Shown here: one piece after another, positions 40,467-54,428 of the stretch
Layout of the letters: each line of letters opens with the position of its first letter
Numbering within the stretch: position 1 is the first letter of the stretch
Assembly (NCBI GenBank): GCA_951406725.2
Contig: OX597820.1
Location: 64,418,001 to 64,482,000 of the forward strand
Direction: 5' to 3'
DNA: 64,000 nt
Origin: Octopus vulgaris
Lineage: Eukaryota
Program-made: the position numbers and the translations under genes
The notes under the pieces: generated by a model
Told to the model about the DNA's origin: nothing
What the model saw: only the letters and a program-made list of their open reading frames with translations
Databases searched by the model: none

Positions 40467-41422
40467 GCACGTACGTGTGTTTTCGCCTGTTCCCTCCATC
40501 TTGGACTTCTTTAGGTTGTCCTAAACTAGCAGTTCGTCAAAGGGAACCGATAGAATAAGTACAACGCTTTAAACTAATATGAGCTCCATTTATTGGATTA
40601 AAACCTTCTAGATGCCAAATTGGCTGAAGTCGGAGAACTGAAATAATAGAAAGATAAAAGTTATATCCATATTTATGCACGAACATACATACTGACGCGC
40701 ACACACACGTGTCTGTATATGTATTTGTGCAAGTATGTTTATGTGTGAGACTGTTGTTATGTCAGTGTGTATGTTTGTGCGTGCGCACGTGTGTTTGTAT
40801 CCCTTCCGTGAATAGTCATTTGAAGTTTCAGTAATGGGAAATACACCAACAATGAACCACAAATAGTAAAATAAACCCTTGTTCAACTGTTTTTTAAAAA
40901 AACTCACTATGATGTTAGATGTTCAATAGAATGGTTTGGCAAATATTGAGAAATTATAGAAACGGATCACTAACCGGTGAATGATGTAAATTAACAGGCG
41001 TTTGAGCAAGTAGATTCTGTTCGAAAGTTAAAAAGTTCCATAAATGAAAATTTAGTTTATTAATATCTAAAAATTTTAACTCATACAAGGTCTTGAAATA
41101 TGGGTATAACCATGTATTAAAGTTCCCTAAAATCACAGTCAATATATTTAAATAGAATTAGATAGAATATTTTTCAATTTTAATTGCCGAATAATATTCA
41201 TATACATTCATGTTCTTACTAATTATGTAACATTATCAAAGTATGCACAAACTTTGTAGAATCAATTTTTTAATTAATACACGTTCAAAATCGCAAATGA
41301 ATACCGATGAGACTATAAAATTCTCAATCCAATACCGAATATGTGCATAATTAATCTAGCATATTACGTATAATGTTCTACATACATACTCTCTCTCTCC
41401 CCCCCCTCTCTCTCTCTATCTA

Positions 41423-41465
<43 letters not shown>

Positions 41466-42419
41466 GAGAATACGCACATATATATTTCTAAAATATTCAT
41501 TAATATTCTCTAATGTAATTAGTGCCTACTTTAACAAGAGTTATTAGTACTTACATTAATTAGAAAACGAATCTTTGAAGAATAAAGAAAGCTTTCCCTG
41601 TCGGAGAATTTATCGATAAGAAGGACCTAATGAAAAGATGTATTTATGGCAAGATCAACTTCTGTTTACCGTCTACCATAATGCTATATTACTGCGATAG
41701 TCATGCACACTTCTCTACACTTACAACAGAATTACGTATAGGAGATGAAATATTATCTTTCCTTAAATGTTCAGTTTAATATAAAAATATATTCGTACAG
41801 ACATACATAAATGAATAGACGTACGGATACCTAAGTATACAGTAATATGAGCCAAGTTACCTATATAAGAAATCCAAATAATTCATCTGCTTCATTGCAA
41901 TTAAGTCATTAAGTAATTATCCACGTGCTGATTTATATAATGTCATTATGTATATTAATATATTAATATAGATAATATATATTAATATAGATAATGACTT
42001 TATGCAAATTCACTATATTATTCACAATATACTAATATACATCAATACACGCGTTTACAAACATCGCTTGAGTACCATTATCTCGAACATGTTATTGCAG
42101 ACAATTGGAGATTGGGTTATTGCCAGAGTAAAGGAAGTTGCTGGGACAAATGGCATCTAAAAATAATCAAACAGTCAGGTGGCTGGACTGCTATTGGACA
42201 AAAATAAATCATCAATAAGGGGTGATGAGAAAATAACGTTCACAGGCAGACAACCAGCCACGACAATCGACTAATAACGAAAGATAAAAACCCAGAAAGT
42301 TTGATAAACAGAGATTCAGACAGTCAGAGCGCACAGGAGAATACAAACAAGAGATGTCTTTGATAAAATAGCTAATCAGAACTTCAACCTATATCGTAAA
42401 AGCCTACATACACAAACCG

Positions 42420-42678
42420 CCTCCATTCACAGCCCTAGGCTTTTCTTTCCACGGATGAACCTAATCTTGTTTGTTACTTTGAAAAAAATTTTTTTTTTTC
42501 TTTCTGTGATACACGATCCCTTTTGATCACTTTTTTTTTCTTCCAATCCCTTTTGATCGAAATTTTACATTTGTTTCCTTTTTTCTTCTTTTTCCTTTTC
42601 CACCTCCTAACAGAAAAGCTCTACATTTGTAATTGTCCCCTCTGTGTCCACCCCTGTGTGGCCAATAAAGAAAGTTAC
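42420..42678 (+). mobile_element. Probable non-LTR retrotransposon 3' UTR ending in AATAAA then (CTAT)n
   Basis: Pyrimidine-rich segment, CCCTGTGTGGCCAATAAAGAAA, then microsatellite; no coding part seen. Confidence 0.35.
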
Positions 42679-42774
<96 letters not shown>

Positions 42775-42874
42775 CTGTCTGTCTGTCTATCTCTCTATCT
42801 ATCTATCTATATCTATCTATCTATTTATCTATCTCTCTCTATATATATATTACCTTCCGTGTTACTAGGTATAT

Positions 42875-43405
42875 GATAAAGGAAAATGACAGCAATTGCC
42901 AAGGCAGGACGAGTATTTCAAGTCATTTATAACAATTTACTTAGGGGAATTTGAATTTGGAGTCTTACAGCTGTTTCTGGGATATCCCATGAAATAGACT
43001 AACGATTTAATCCATTACTTCAATATGAACGCATCATTCAGAATACTATGAAAACCCTGCATGAGTATGCCTGGGGATATATCTAATGGCCTATACTATC
43101 ACAGAAGTACGTACTAAGCTCTACATCCTCTGGAAAAAGATGAACTGTGAACTTTATTCTCATGTCTGTATATTTCTATCTACTTCTAGTCTTTATTCTT
43201 CTATTTTATTCCCTATAAACTGTGAATTTCTCAGTCTAGAACTTTCATACATCCATTGTCTTTGATGACAAGGTGTGCGGACATGATAGCTAATCAATTG
43301 GGATATCCCCAAAACAGCTGCAAGCCTTCAAATTCATCTTAGCCTAGTTGAATTATTGTAAATGACTAGAGATACTCGTTCTGTCTTGTCATTTTCATCT
43401 AATAT
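42875..43405 (+). mobile_element. Older inverted-repeat element with hammerhead-like motif
   Basis: Diverged arms about 42880-42990 and 43299-43400; GTCT-TTGATGA...AAAAC AGCT GCA-AGCC at 43258-43326, while the left arm keeps GAAAC AGCT GTA-AGAC on the minus strand. Confidence 0.6.
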
Positions 43406-43411
43406 ATATAT

Positions 43412-43590
43412 ATTTCAAATTTACAGAAAACAAAGACAGTTGTAGGAATAACAAGCAGGTGTATTAAGTTAATGCTCGGGAAGAACGAAAAACTCATTTA
43501 CATTTTGAGTCCACACTCTTCCACAGAAAGGATTAAGAGGAAGAAAAAAACGAAGAAATAAACGTGCAGAGTTCAACGGTCCACGCAGAT
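43412..43590 (-). mobile_element. Family H copy, degenerate hammerhead
   Basis: Minus 43532-43494: TTT-CTGTGGA-A-GAG tgtgga CTC-AAAAT GTA-AAT, followed by TTCCCGAGCATTAACTTAATACA as in the other H copies. Confidence 0.5.
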
Positions 43591-43731
43591 ACACGCGCGT
43601 GCATAAACACAAACACACATACACACACGCACGCACACAACACATACGCACACGCATGTGTATAGCTTCTACGGACTGCTCGAAGCTTGCTATTTTCCTA
43701 CACTTTAATCTTTGGATCTTACTTTTACTTA

Positions 43732-44115
43732 TCTCTCTATATATAAACGGCAGTTTGTCTGTGCGTGTTTCTGTGTGTCTGTTTGCTTGTACCCTCACCC
43801 TGACCACGGCTTTCAACCGATTCTGATGAAACTTGACACACACGTAGCCCAATGTCATAATTCAAAACTAACGCAGCGAAAATTTTGAAAAGTTCCCCCA
43901 GTTCTGAAAAAAATCGATAAATTCGACATGGGGTCGAGAATCAGAAACACAAACCACAGACTGTCTAGGGGACGCAACTCGACCCTTTTAACTCTCAAAA
44001 AAATTTACCATCATTTTTTTTCCATTTTTTTGCTATTTTTTGGCTATAACTCTCTAAAAATGCTTGTATAGTTATTTCCCTTACAAACCCGAGCAACGCC
44101 GGGCGATACTGCTAG
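43732..44115 (+). mobile_element. Non-autonomous Helitron
   Basis: A|TC start, subterminal hairpin CCCGAGCAACGCCGGG (44088-44103), CTAG|T end, no TSD. Confidence 0.85.
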
Positions 44116-44119
44116 TATA

Positions 44120-44618
44120 TCTATATATATAAAACTGTAGTTGTGTGAGTGTCTGTCCCCTTCGATTTAGATTCCTAACTACTCCCACATTTTGCGGTGC
44201 AGTTCAACCAAATTCGGGTATCTTATAGTCGTGATTCATATCGAGTCCGTCCGAGTATTAGCGCGCGACTACGATGAGTCTACGATTTTAAAAATAATTT
44301 AACATCATTTTTTATTCCATTTTAATGCATAATTTTTCGTGTGTCGATGGCGGCGGAGTTGGCGTCCATGGTCACACCTGCACCTGTTTGCTTCTCCCTC
44401 GTGAAGCTGTGGGGAAGGGAGTGTAAGGAAATCAACGTCGTAAAGCGTTGTCAAGGAGACCAGCGTTCTTTTAGAACAACGACTTCATTGCTTGAAGACA
44501 CCAAAACAGAAATGGCTAAGAAAACCCGAATTGGCATCTATAAGGGAAGTAACTCTCTAAAAATGCTTATATAGTTATTTCCCTTACAAACCCGATCAAC
44601 GCCGAGTGATACTGTAAG
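44120..44618 (+). mobile_element. Second non-autonomous Helitron, same 3' end but different body
   Basis: A|TCTATATATATAAAA start; last about 70 bp (TAACTCTCTAAAAATGCTT..CCCTTACAAACCCGA.CAACGCCG.G.GATACTG) shared with the first element. Confidence 0.75.
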
Positions 44619-46192
44619 TACATATATACATTTGTGTGTGTGTGTGTGTGTGTGTGTTTGTGTAATAGAAACAGTTTTTAAAGAAGTATAACAATCAATA
44701 TTGACTCATAATAATCATTTTTATACTTCTTATTTGTACCTCAAATAATTTATTTGTAAATATATCTTTGTTTTTTCATTTTTAAAAAACCATTACTTTT
44801 ATACCTAGTGTGTATTTTCTTTGTTTCTTTTTTCTTTTCACCTATGTATGTGTATATATATATTATGGCCGTTCCTTAATTTTGCTATATAAATATATAT
44901 ATATGTGTATATATATATATATATACATATACATACAAACAAACACACACACAAACATATATATATATATATTATTATTATTATATGTAGAAAAATAAAA
45001 ATACAAACTGGGACAAGAACGTAAAAACACTTAGAAGACGATACAAAAAACACGGACGGGACAATCGAAGCCTTCAATCTTCAGTCAAGAACCGGATCAT
45101 CGTAGCAATTTCGGCTGATTAATCATGCATATGTGGGCAAACGACGTCACGAAACGTGTACCACAAAAAATACGAAGTACGAGTACATGTGATATGAACT
45201 ATTTTTTCGAACAACGAAAGACACAAATGGAAAACAAGACAAACAACACAAAGAACAACCCGTCCTCAGTTGGTGGCTGTTTTTTCTACTTTCGTATTTC
45301 GAAACGATCCCACTATTAATGACATAAATTTTTATATCACTTTTATATCTCTTAGGCATACTTTTAAATGTCTGAATAGGAAATTTAATATTCTCACAAT
45401 ATTAGTCTTATATTGAAATATTAAATGAAGCTAACCTTGCAAGATAAATAAAACGACTTACGTAAATCACGTAGACCAATAATCTAATGGCGTGGAAACA
45501 TTGGACCACTATACAGACGACATCATATAAATAATGCTAATTATTATATGTAAATGCATTATATGCTTCACATAGATAATAGGTCTCACATTTGATTTCA
45601 TAAGTTATTTGAAAGCAATTGTAGTCGGTATCATATAACATAGAAATACAAAGCGATTCACATAAGAAGTCACGGAATAATATACAGATTATTAGAGATT
45701 TGTAATATCAGTTTTCTTTCATGTTCTGTGTAAGTAGTTCGCAGTAAATTTGGTTTAATATGCGGTGTAATAATAGTCATGGTCGTAGTAATGTTAGATA
45801 CTGGTGTAAACAGCTGGTTTTAAATGTAAATAATGTCTATACAGGTGCAGGCGTAACTAAGTTGTGAGAAGTGTGTGTCCTCACCACATATATGTGTGTA
45901 TCCAATTATATATATATATATATACAGTTCGTACTTCTGCTTGGTTTGCAATGAAATAAATATTTAACAAAATATAAAAAAAGAAATGACAACACGAAGA
46001 ATACTGAACATTTGAATGATCAACTGTTTGACCAAAGTATTTAACATATCAGTTCGGAAAACTAGTAAAAAACATCTGATCAATAAATTTGTTAACGGAG
46101 TAACCAACCCATTAACTAAGAATAGCAATAAAGGAACGAACCAGTGCGTGTGTTTACTATTACCGGCATAATGTCCCTCCCAACATCTAATA

Positions 46193-46240
<48 letters not shown>

Positions 46241-46257
46241 TCATATATATATGCATG

Positions 46258-46288
<31 letters not shown>

Positions 46289-46446
46289 ACATGTATATGC
46301 AATACAGAGATGTACATACATACATAGCAAGTGACCTGATCTAAGATCGTGTGCTGGAACGAAAACAACTGCAGCGTGGAAGATGCTTATAAGCCATTTA
46401 AGAAACTCACGAAAACCGTTAGATTCACTTCAACTTTTAAATTCAA

Positions 46447-46497
46447 TTTGCCAAAATATTTTCGTCTCTTTGCGACCGCGACCTGATCCCTGACAAA
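46447..46497 (-). ncRNA. Degenerate hammerhead-like motif, G3-C8 variant
   Basis: Minus: TTTGTCA-GGGATCA-G-GTCGC..GAGAC-GAAA ATAT TT-TGGCAAA. Confidence 0.45.
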
Positions 46498-49490
46498 ATT
46501 TGATGCAGCACGGCGGGCTTCTTTCACTTTCCATTTACCAAATCCAATCAAACACACACATACGCATACACACACACACACAGACACACGCACACACATA
46601 TCTATTTATATATGTATATATATATAAATATATATATATGTATATATATATGTATATATATATAAATATATATATTTATCTATATATATATTTATATATT
46701 TATAAGTGTGTGTGTATGTAAGTATAAATGTATGTATGTGTGTGTATATGTAGCGGTTCGGTAAAAAGGATCGATAGAATAAGTATCAGGCTGTAAACGA
46801 ATAAGTACCGGTTTCGATTCATTTCACACAAAAAAAAATTTAATAAAATCCTCAGAGCAAGGCCGCAGTATACTGACTGACATAAATCAAAGAATAAAAG
46901 AAAATCCCTTGATAACAAGAATTAAACCTCTCTGAATTCCATTGAGAAATATCTCTCTTGTTCTCGTTATACCACTTCGCCAGCTGTACATATATTACCT
47001 GGAACATTATTTCCACTCACAAACTTTCGAGAAAATACGTTATTCCGAGTATAAAATATGTCGATTTCTGATAAATATCTAAATAGCAAGGTAATGCGAC
47101 TGCATATTTTTCTAACATTGTTTTTGGAGTTGTGCTATGATAATGGTGTTGACGTAGAAAATTGAAGGCAGCTGAGTTCCTGTATGCTTTTTCTGAAGCA
47201 TAATTTTCAACTAAACATTTTGTTATGAGTGCAATTGGATTTAAATGTACGGTTAGTTGACTTCGTATAATTATGGTTAGTATTACATCTGGAAATATTA
47301 AGTTTAAATCTGGCTTGTTTTCATCTTTATTTAACGCTTAGCGATGAGGAAATTAATTGTAATAGAATAGCATAGTTTCTCAGGATTCTTCTGAAAATAT
47401 TTATGGAGTTTATGCCTCGAACGAACGTACTTATTAATTAAAGAAAAATATTGTCGCTATTGATGTTGCAACCTCTATAATTAAAATAATTAATTATACC
47501 AGCTTACATATATGATTAAGAGAATTATACTAGCGTGCAAATATCATGTTATCAAGCGAATGGAATGTAGGTTATATGATGTATTTTTGAAAATGCTTAT
47601 TTAATTTACTTCTTGTTTAAATCAAATTAAATGGTATTCACATTTAAAATTGTGTGAGTAGGATCAGCCACAATTCTATCTTTATGGTAATGCTCCTCTT
47701 TGAGACTATGTAAGCGATTATTTTATCAGTAATGGACTTGAAATCTTGCAAGTATACGTAACTTTCTAGCTGATGATCAGACATATTATTTCCCCAGAAG
47801 AAAACCGTCAAAAATAATATTATCGTTCTTCTTTTTGTTCAGGAAGCAAGTTTTGAACTTATAATGAATAGGGCTGGAACATTGCCCACAATCCCTCGCA
47901 TTCGATACACGATGAAATTTCTCAGTCAAACATCCTGGATTATTACTCATTATCCACCCCGAAAGGATTATGAAAGGTAACTTCAGTAACATCTGTATTC
48001 AGGATGCTGCGTATCGGAACAGAAATCTCAGAGCTTTCTATCCAAGTCTATCAATTATTCGTCTTCAAATTGCAGTATTCTATTCTCTCAAACTCACCCT
48101 CCAGATACCAACGGCAATATGGCTCCTAACAGACGTAACGCACTTTCATTTATACCGACCACTCAATTTCCAAACTTTAAATTTGCTTCAAAATCCCACC
48201 TGTTCTTCATTTCCAATATTTTCTTCATATTCTTAATCATTCACTTTAAACCTGATACAGTAATCTAGTGTTTCTTTGGGAACTAGTCTAGTTCTCTTTG
48301 ACTTTCATACTATTGCCATGACACAAAACGTTTTAAAGGAAATGGTAATAATCACAAATCACTGCCTCATTTACCCAGTCGATTCCTTTCCCTTTTTTGA
48401 TGGTCACTAGAACAAGTTCTGTTGAAACTGATCAAGTTACCTTCTCTGCAGATTTTCAGTGAAAGCAATAGCTGTTGCCATCTTTTTGATTTCGTTCTTT
48501 ATACGTTGAAGATGCCATCTTCCTTCACCAAATATTCAGGGACTTATATATCCAAGATGTACACGCGAAGATTACCTTCATCAGCAAGACAACCGTGGCC
48601 TCTAGCGGCAGATTCATACATGATTTACAGCAATAATAAGTATCAAATTATAGTATTTTATGATTATCGATTTTTCTTATAATGTTCTTTCACTATTCAT
48701 TACGACCACATTAAAGATGCATAATGGATATTTTAATTTATATGTTGAGTCTCCATATTTCCTGGAAATGCTTGACCAAAAGTGGACTTGGAGCATATGA
48801 CTGATTCTTCCCCATTTGTTTATCTATTTATCAAACATTAATAAAATAGACCATTGATCTATGGTAAACCAGTCGAGAAGATCCCGTCCTTTCTTATTTT
48901 TCTTACACGCACGGTACGTGATATTCTCTGAAACATTCAGATATTATTTGAGGAAGATTTTAACTCATATTTCTGGCAATTTAAGTGATCACCTAGAGAA
49001 ACTCTCATTGTAGCTTACAAGCTGAAACGAAGTTGTAAAAGGCTGAGTTGTTTTCATGAAAAGCAAAACTCTTATGTATGGTACGCAATAATTAGCGTTT
49101 AATGTAAATTTTCAGCTCAAACCCATGTAATCAAACTTGAACACAGCAGCACTTACGTAATTAATGAGTATTTGTTTTTGAGAACTGAAATATAAATGTT
49201 ACATTTGAGATACATATTAAATAACAAAAGTACCTGATACATTCTGTAACGTGATTGGTGTTAGGTAAATCAGACGACGTAATCCTACATAGTCTTCTGC
49301 TCCGTCAGATCCTTGTGAAACCGCCCAGTAAATATCAAAAAGGAAGACAGGTTATAACATGATACATATATACATTGGAACATACATGCATATAAGCAAA
49401 TATTTATGCATCAATGCATACATATATACATCTCTTTCTCTCTCTTTCTATCTCTCTCTCTCTTTCTCTCTGTCTCTGTCTCTGTCTCTG

Positions 49491-49530
<40 letters not shown>

Positions 49531-50040
49531 TCTGACAGACAAATTTATGCATGTCATAGTATGCTTATATACGTGTGCAAGTGTATATAGTTTTAGTTCA
49601 AATTATCTTTGTAAATTTAAATTAAAATCCTCTGAATTACTTTCATAAAAAGTCAGTCGTTTTAATTTCATAATTACTGAATAATTCATAGAAAATAACT
49701 CAATTTCTGTATCAAATAAAAATCCCATATCTAACATTAAATTCAAGAATCATTCAGTGTTTACCTTCTGCTTATTTTATTTTCTTATTCCTTAATTCCT
49801 TAAGTTGGTAATAGAAGTGACATATATTATTTATTATCAATTCTAAATTTGAAAATTAAATCTCTTTTCTGATAATCGATTTTTACCCTCAGAATTATAT
49901 CCATGCTCGATATAGCCTTCGCGCTGATACTGACGTTTGTGTAGTTTGGTTCATAACACCTTAATACATACATGCACAAAAAATATCTACAAACGAAGCT
50001 GACCATATTGAGAGCGAAATGTGAAAAGAACTTAATAACC

Positions 50041-50365
50041 AAAACAGCCGCAAAGTTAAAACACCATCGGATGGATATCCTTACGTGGGACAATATAGAA
50101 AATATATGTTCTGTAGGAATACGGATATGATGAGAAAAATACAAGAGAAAGAGTACGTCTACGGACCTATGATGAGGAGTTTGCAAAATAATTACCCAAG
50201 ATTCACGTTCAGTTTCATACCATTTCTTATTGGAGCAACAAGGATATATATATCAGAGCGTCTGAAGCACAGTATGGCTGAACTTGAGATCTTGTTTTAC
50301 ACGTTACAAAACTTTACGATATCTGGGACTATAAAGTTCTGCAAGGCCTTCAGGAGGTTTAGAGG
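50041..50365 (+). pseudogene. 3' end of a restriction-like-endonuclease non-LTR retrotransposon (R2/R4/NeSL/CRE type)
   Basis: KTAAKLKHHRMDILTWDNIENIC / RKIQEKEYVYGPMMRSLQ..FIPFLIGAT resembles HNRPD..K..EK..Y..L..P(IV)(IV)IGA.G. Confidence 0.65.
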
Positions 50366-50564
50366 AAGATGGTTGAAATCAGACACTTATCTTCGCGACC
50401 TTACTACCAAGTAGGTGTCCGGTAAAAATTTACTCTAAAATTTAAAAGTGAATGAGAACATACATGCATATAATCGTGCCTGCATTCATATGTACATACA
50501 TGCATATATAACTCGACAGTGTCGGTCAGAAATGATAGTGGGTGCACCTAAGAGGTAAACCTCT

Positions 50565-50698
50565 ATAGCTGACTGAACTGGAGTGACGTGAAATAAAGTA
50601 CCCCGCTCAAAAACACAACACACAATCGGGTTCGGGAAACGAACTCACAACCTCACGATCGTAAGCTCGACACACTACACTTTGAGCCATGCGCCTTC
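50565..50698 (-). mobile_element. 5' part of SINE family D
   Basis: CTCACAACCTCACGATCGTAAGCTCGAC..TGAGCCATGCGCCT matches 21314-21367. Confidence 0.75.
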
Positions 50699-50794
50699 AC
50701 TATACATACATACATACATGCATACATAAATACATACATACATACATAGATACATTGATGCATGCATACATACATACATACTTACATACATAGA

Positions 50795-51200
50795 ATATTC
50801 CTCAATCAGATCGACGAGGACCATTTAGTCATTCTTAAGGAGAACTGGTGATTGCACGGTGACTTCGTTTAAAGTGAAGAAGCGTTACGCACTGTCAACC
50901 TTACTCCGTTCCTCCTGAAAATTTCGCTCCAGTGGCAAGACCATCTCAAACAGAGAGGTGATGCAGACAGATGTACTGGATAGACAATGTATCTTGCTTG
51001 CATAATACTGCGCACTGCTCTCCACAACGGCTTCTTGAAGGATATAGGTCACTTCTACAGAGACTGTTGGGTCCTGGTTTTACAGTAACAGGTGGGAAAT
51101 CGCAAATATGTTAATTAACCTAAAGGTAGGACTCTAACTCATGCCACTATTGCATGACAGAGCAGACTTGGAAATAGCACTTGTTATAAGGTAGCGCTAC
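50795..51200 (-). mobile_element. Possible decayed mariner N-terminal fragment
   Basis: Minus pieces EQCAVL and RNFQEERSKVDSA*R..NEVTV..ND*MVLVDLIEE resemble the mariner HTH region. Confidence 0.35.
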
Positions 51201-51334
51201 ACAGCTCAATACCCCGCCGTCGGAGACGCATACACACACGCACACACACACACACTCACACATATATATTTATATAAACATATATATACATATATATATG
51301 CATGTACATATAAATTATATATATATTTATATAT

Positions 51335-51401
<67 letters not shown>

Positions 51402-51604
51402 CATCTGGTTGTGCTTATATCTGTATATATGTACGTGTGTGTGTGCGCGCGCACGCGTGTACTTCAGTATTTAGAATTTGCTATGGAAACATTTCCTAAT
51501 GAGTGACAATGTTTTCAATAAACTTAATTTACGCTGCTATTATCTAACACGGACGCTCGTTCTCTAAATGTTACTCTCCAGCAGTCTAATGAATAATATC
51601 TCTA

Positions 51605-51704
<100 letters not shown>

Positions 51705-52055
51705 ATATATGTATATATACACACATATATATACATGTATATATGTATATATATATGTATATATATATATACATATACACGTATGTAATCATATGTATGT
51801 ACATACATTTGCTTACTTATGTCGGTGTATAGCTTGTCATAATCATATTATGATTATACTGGCCAATTATGTACATATTCGCAAGGAAACTTGGGTGCAT
51901 TCTGAAATTTACGTATGAACTTAAAGTTACAAGCATATATACATATCAGAAATAGACACACATACACACAGAATCATACAATTGCAATTCGTACATATTA
52001 TAATGGACATAAACAAATAACATATATACAAACACATATAAAGTGATAGATAAAG

Positions 52056-52097
<42 letters not shown>

Positions 52098-53000
52098 TGA
52101 GTATATTTTATTGTTTTCTATATATGTTTATGTTTATGTGCATATGAATAAAAGTGTGCGCGTCAACCTACGTATCCTTATACATATACTCACCAAAACA
52201 AAATCCTTTGTTAAATACACACCATCTGCACGTTTGCCACAACTTTTTAATTAGTATGTATCGATATTAGTAGGAGGCTGTTTAATAGCCTCTCCGATAT
52301 AATAAATCCTAATTGACAAGATATTCCGCAATGCCATATAATTATAGAAAGCTTTATGTCGGATAATAAGCGCGAGGATTTGCAAAGACAAAATTGAAAT
52401 GCTCATCCTTCGAATCAACTTTCTCTAACAAAGCCAGCGTTTATGTAACGAATAAACAATACAATAGAGCGAAGCCTGAATGATCAAATGGCTGCCTAAT
52501 TTACTACTGAACTTCCGGTTAGTCATCTGCTGTGTTGTGATATACTTTCACTTCTAATTTCACTTTGGAAAACTTGTTCGTTAGAGTTAGTAATGGATGT
52601 AACGTTATATTAATAGCTGCCAACCAGTCTCCTGCCCTCAACCACCAACCTTCATTATACCATTGACATCGCTATGTTAGAGTCTGTAAAAATAACAATG
52701 GTGATGATATTTATGTATTTTGTTGAATTCATTTTGTTGGATAACTTTTTCATTTGCATACGTAATACATGAGACTCTGCACATGAAAGACTATAAACAA
52801 TCGAGTGTGTGCATGTATGCATGTATGTATGCAAGTATGTGTGTATGCCTGTATGTGTGTATGTATGTATGTATGTGTGTGTATGTATGTAAGTATATGT
52901 ATATATACATATACATGTGTGTATATATATATATGTACTTGTATGTACATATGTGTGTAGATACATATATATTCCAATATGTACTAATATATATGTACTC

Positions 53001-53050
<50 letters not shown>

Positions 53051-54235
53051 ACATATATACATATGTGTATGTACATATATGTGTGTGTGTATACATATAC
53101 ATACATGTATATATATACGTATAAATGTATACATCCATATGTGCGTATCTATGTGTATGTGTACATAATTGAAAGATGTCCTTTCGCCATTGAAAGGAAG
53201 TCTGCTCGACGATACAAATCAATATTGAAAATGTTTTCTGACATATAGACGTTTCATGCCTCTATACAATTTGAATTTAAAAAAGAAGCACTATTCTAGT
53301 AGCAAAATTGTTCAATTAAAGGTCCAGTAAAATGGTTTCCATGTTTTCGTTTTTCCTTTGTTCGATAATGACTTGCTTCGATTAAACACGAAGCCAATTT
53401 TATAAATGGAATGAGAAGGGGAATTTTGTAGAATATATTCATCTAATCACATTACTTGTATTTTGTCTCTCTGTTGCGGATGCGTGAATGTAACATGAAC
53501 ATCAACAGCAACAATAAATGATAAGGAAATAGATGAAACGGCGATTTTTCACTAAAAAGCGTTTATCAGTGAAATAGAAAGATGTAGATACCAAGTTGAC
53601 TGGTTCTCACTTCTACTTGAAATGTTTTTTCTTTTCTGTTTTTTTTTTTCAGTAAATAGTGGTGGGGAAATATCGCTTAAACATTTGCCTGTCTACATCT
53701 TATTTATATTTTTCTTTTTACGTTCTAAATAATATAAAGCTTTATTTCAAACCTCAGCTTACATTGTTGGGTGAAAAAAACTGAAATGTTTATCAGCTAT
53801 GATACATAAACGCCAGTGAATTATGTAATACGTATCACACGTGATACACAAGACAGGCAAAGACTTAAGGAATCTATTGTTGGTCTGAGTAACTAAACAT
53901 TTCACATTGTATATTAAGATGAGTTTTAACATAATGGGAACTTATTTAGTCCTGACTCTGCAAGAATTGGCTTTGTGGGACGCGGTGAACCAAAGTACTT
54001 CAGGCGTTTTATATGCGATAAAAAGGAGTGAATTTTCATGTTTTGTCACGGGGCTGCTACCTGATGTGAATTATATCTAATGCATTCTTTCCTCTCAGAG
54101 GCGTGAATGTAGGAATATGAGTGACATTTGACTGCTATTTCTAGTACGTCTAGTATCTATGGAGACACATTTGAAGCATAATGGTGCAAGCAGATGAAAT
54201 CTAACATTTCGAACAGGGTATTACACATGAATGCA

Positions 54236-54428
54236 TTTCGTCTCTCTTTACGTTCTGAATTCAAATAGCGCCGACGTCGAATTTGCCATTCATCCTTTCG
54301 GGGTCGATAAATTAAGTACCAGTTGTGTACTGGGGTCGATAAATTAAGTACCAGTTGCGTACTGGGGTCGATGTAATCGACTACCCCCCTCCCAAAAAAT
54401 TTCGGGCCTACTGCCTAGAGTAGGAAGG
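54236..54428 (+). mobile_element. 5'-truncated SINE family C with internal 32-bp tandem duplication
   Basis: GGGGTCGATAAATTAAGTACCAGTTG(T/C)GTACT twice; TSD ATTA(C/T)ACATGAA. Confidence 0.8.

Noticed and set aside
46010-46072. AACTG/CAGTT stem followed by GAAAACTAGTA
   Set aside because: Possibly another decayed hammerhead, but the 5' core is unrecognisable; not counted
52250-52640. TAAT-rich non-repetitive stretch as a possible enhancer
   Set aside because: Short motifs are expected by chance in AT-rich DNA; needs conservation or chromatin data
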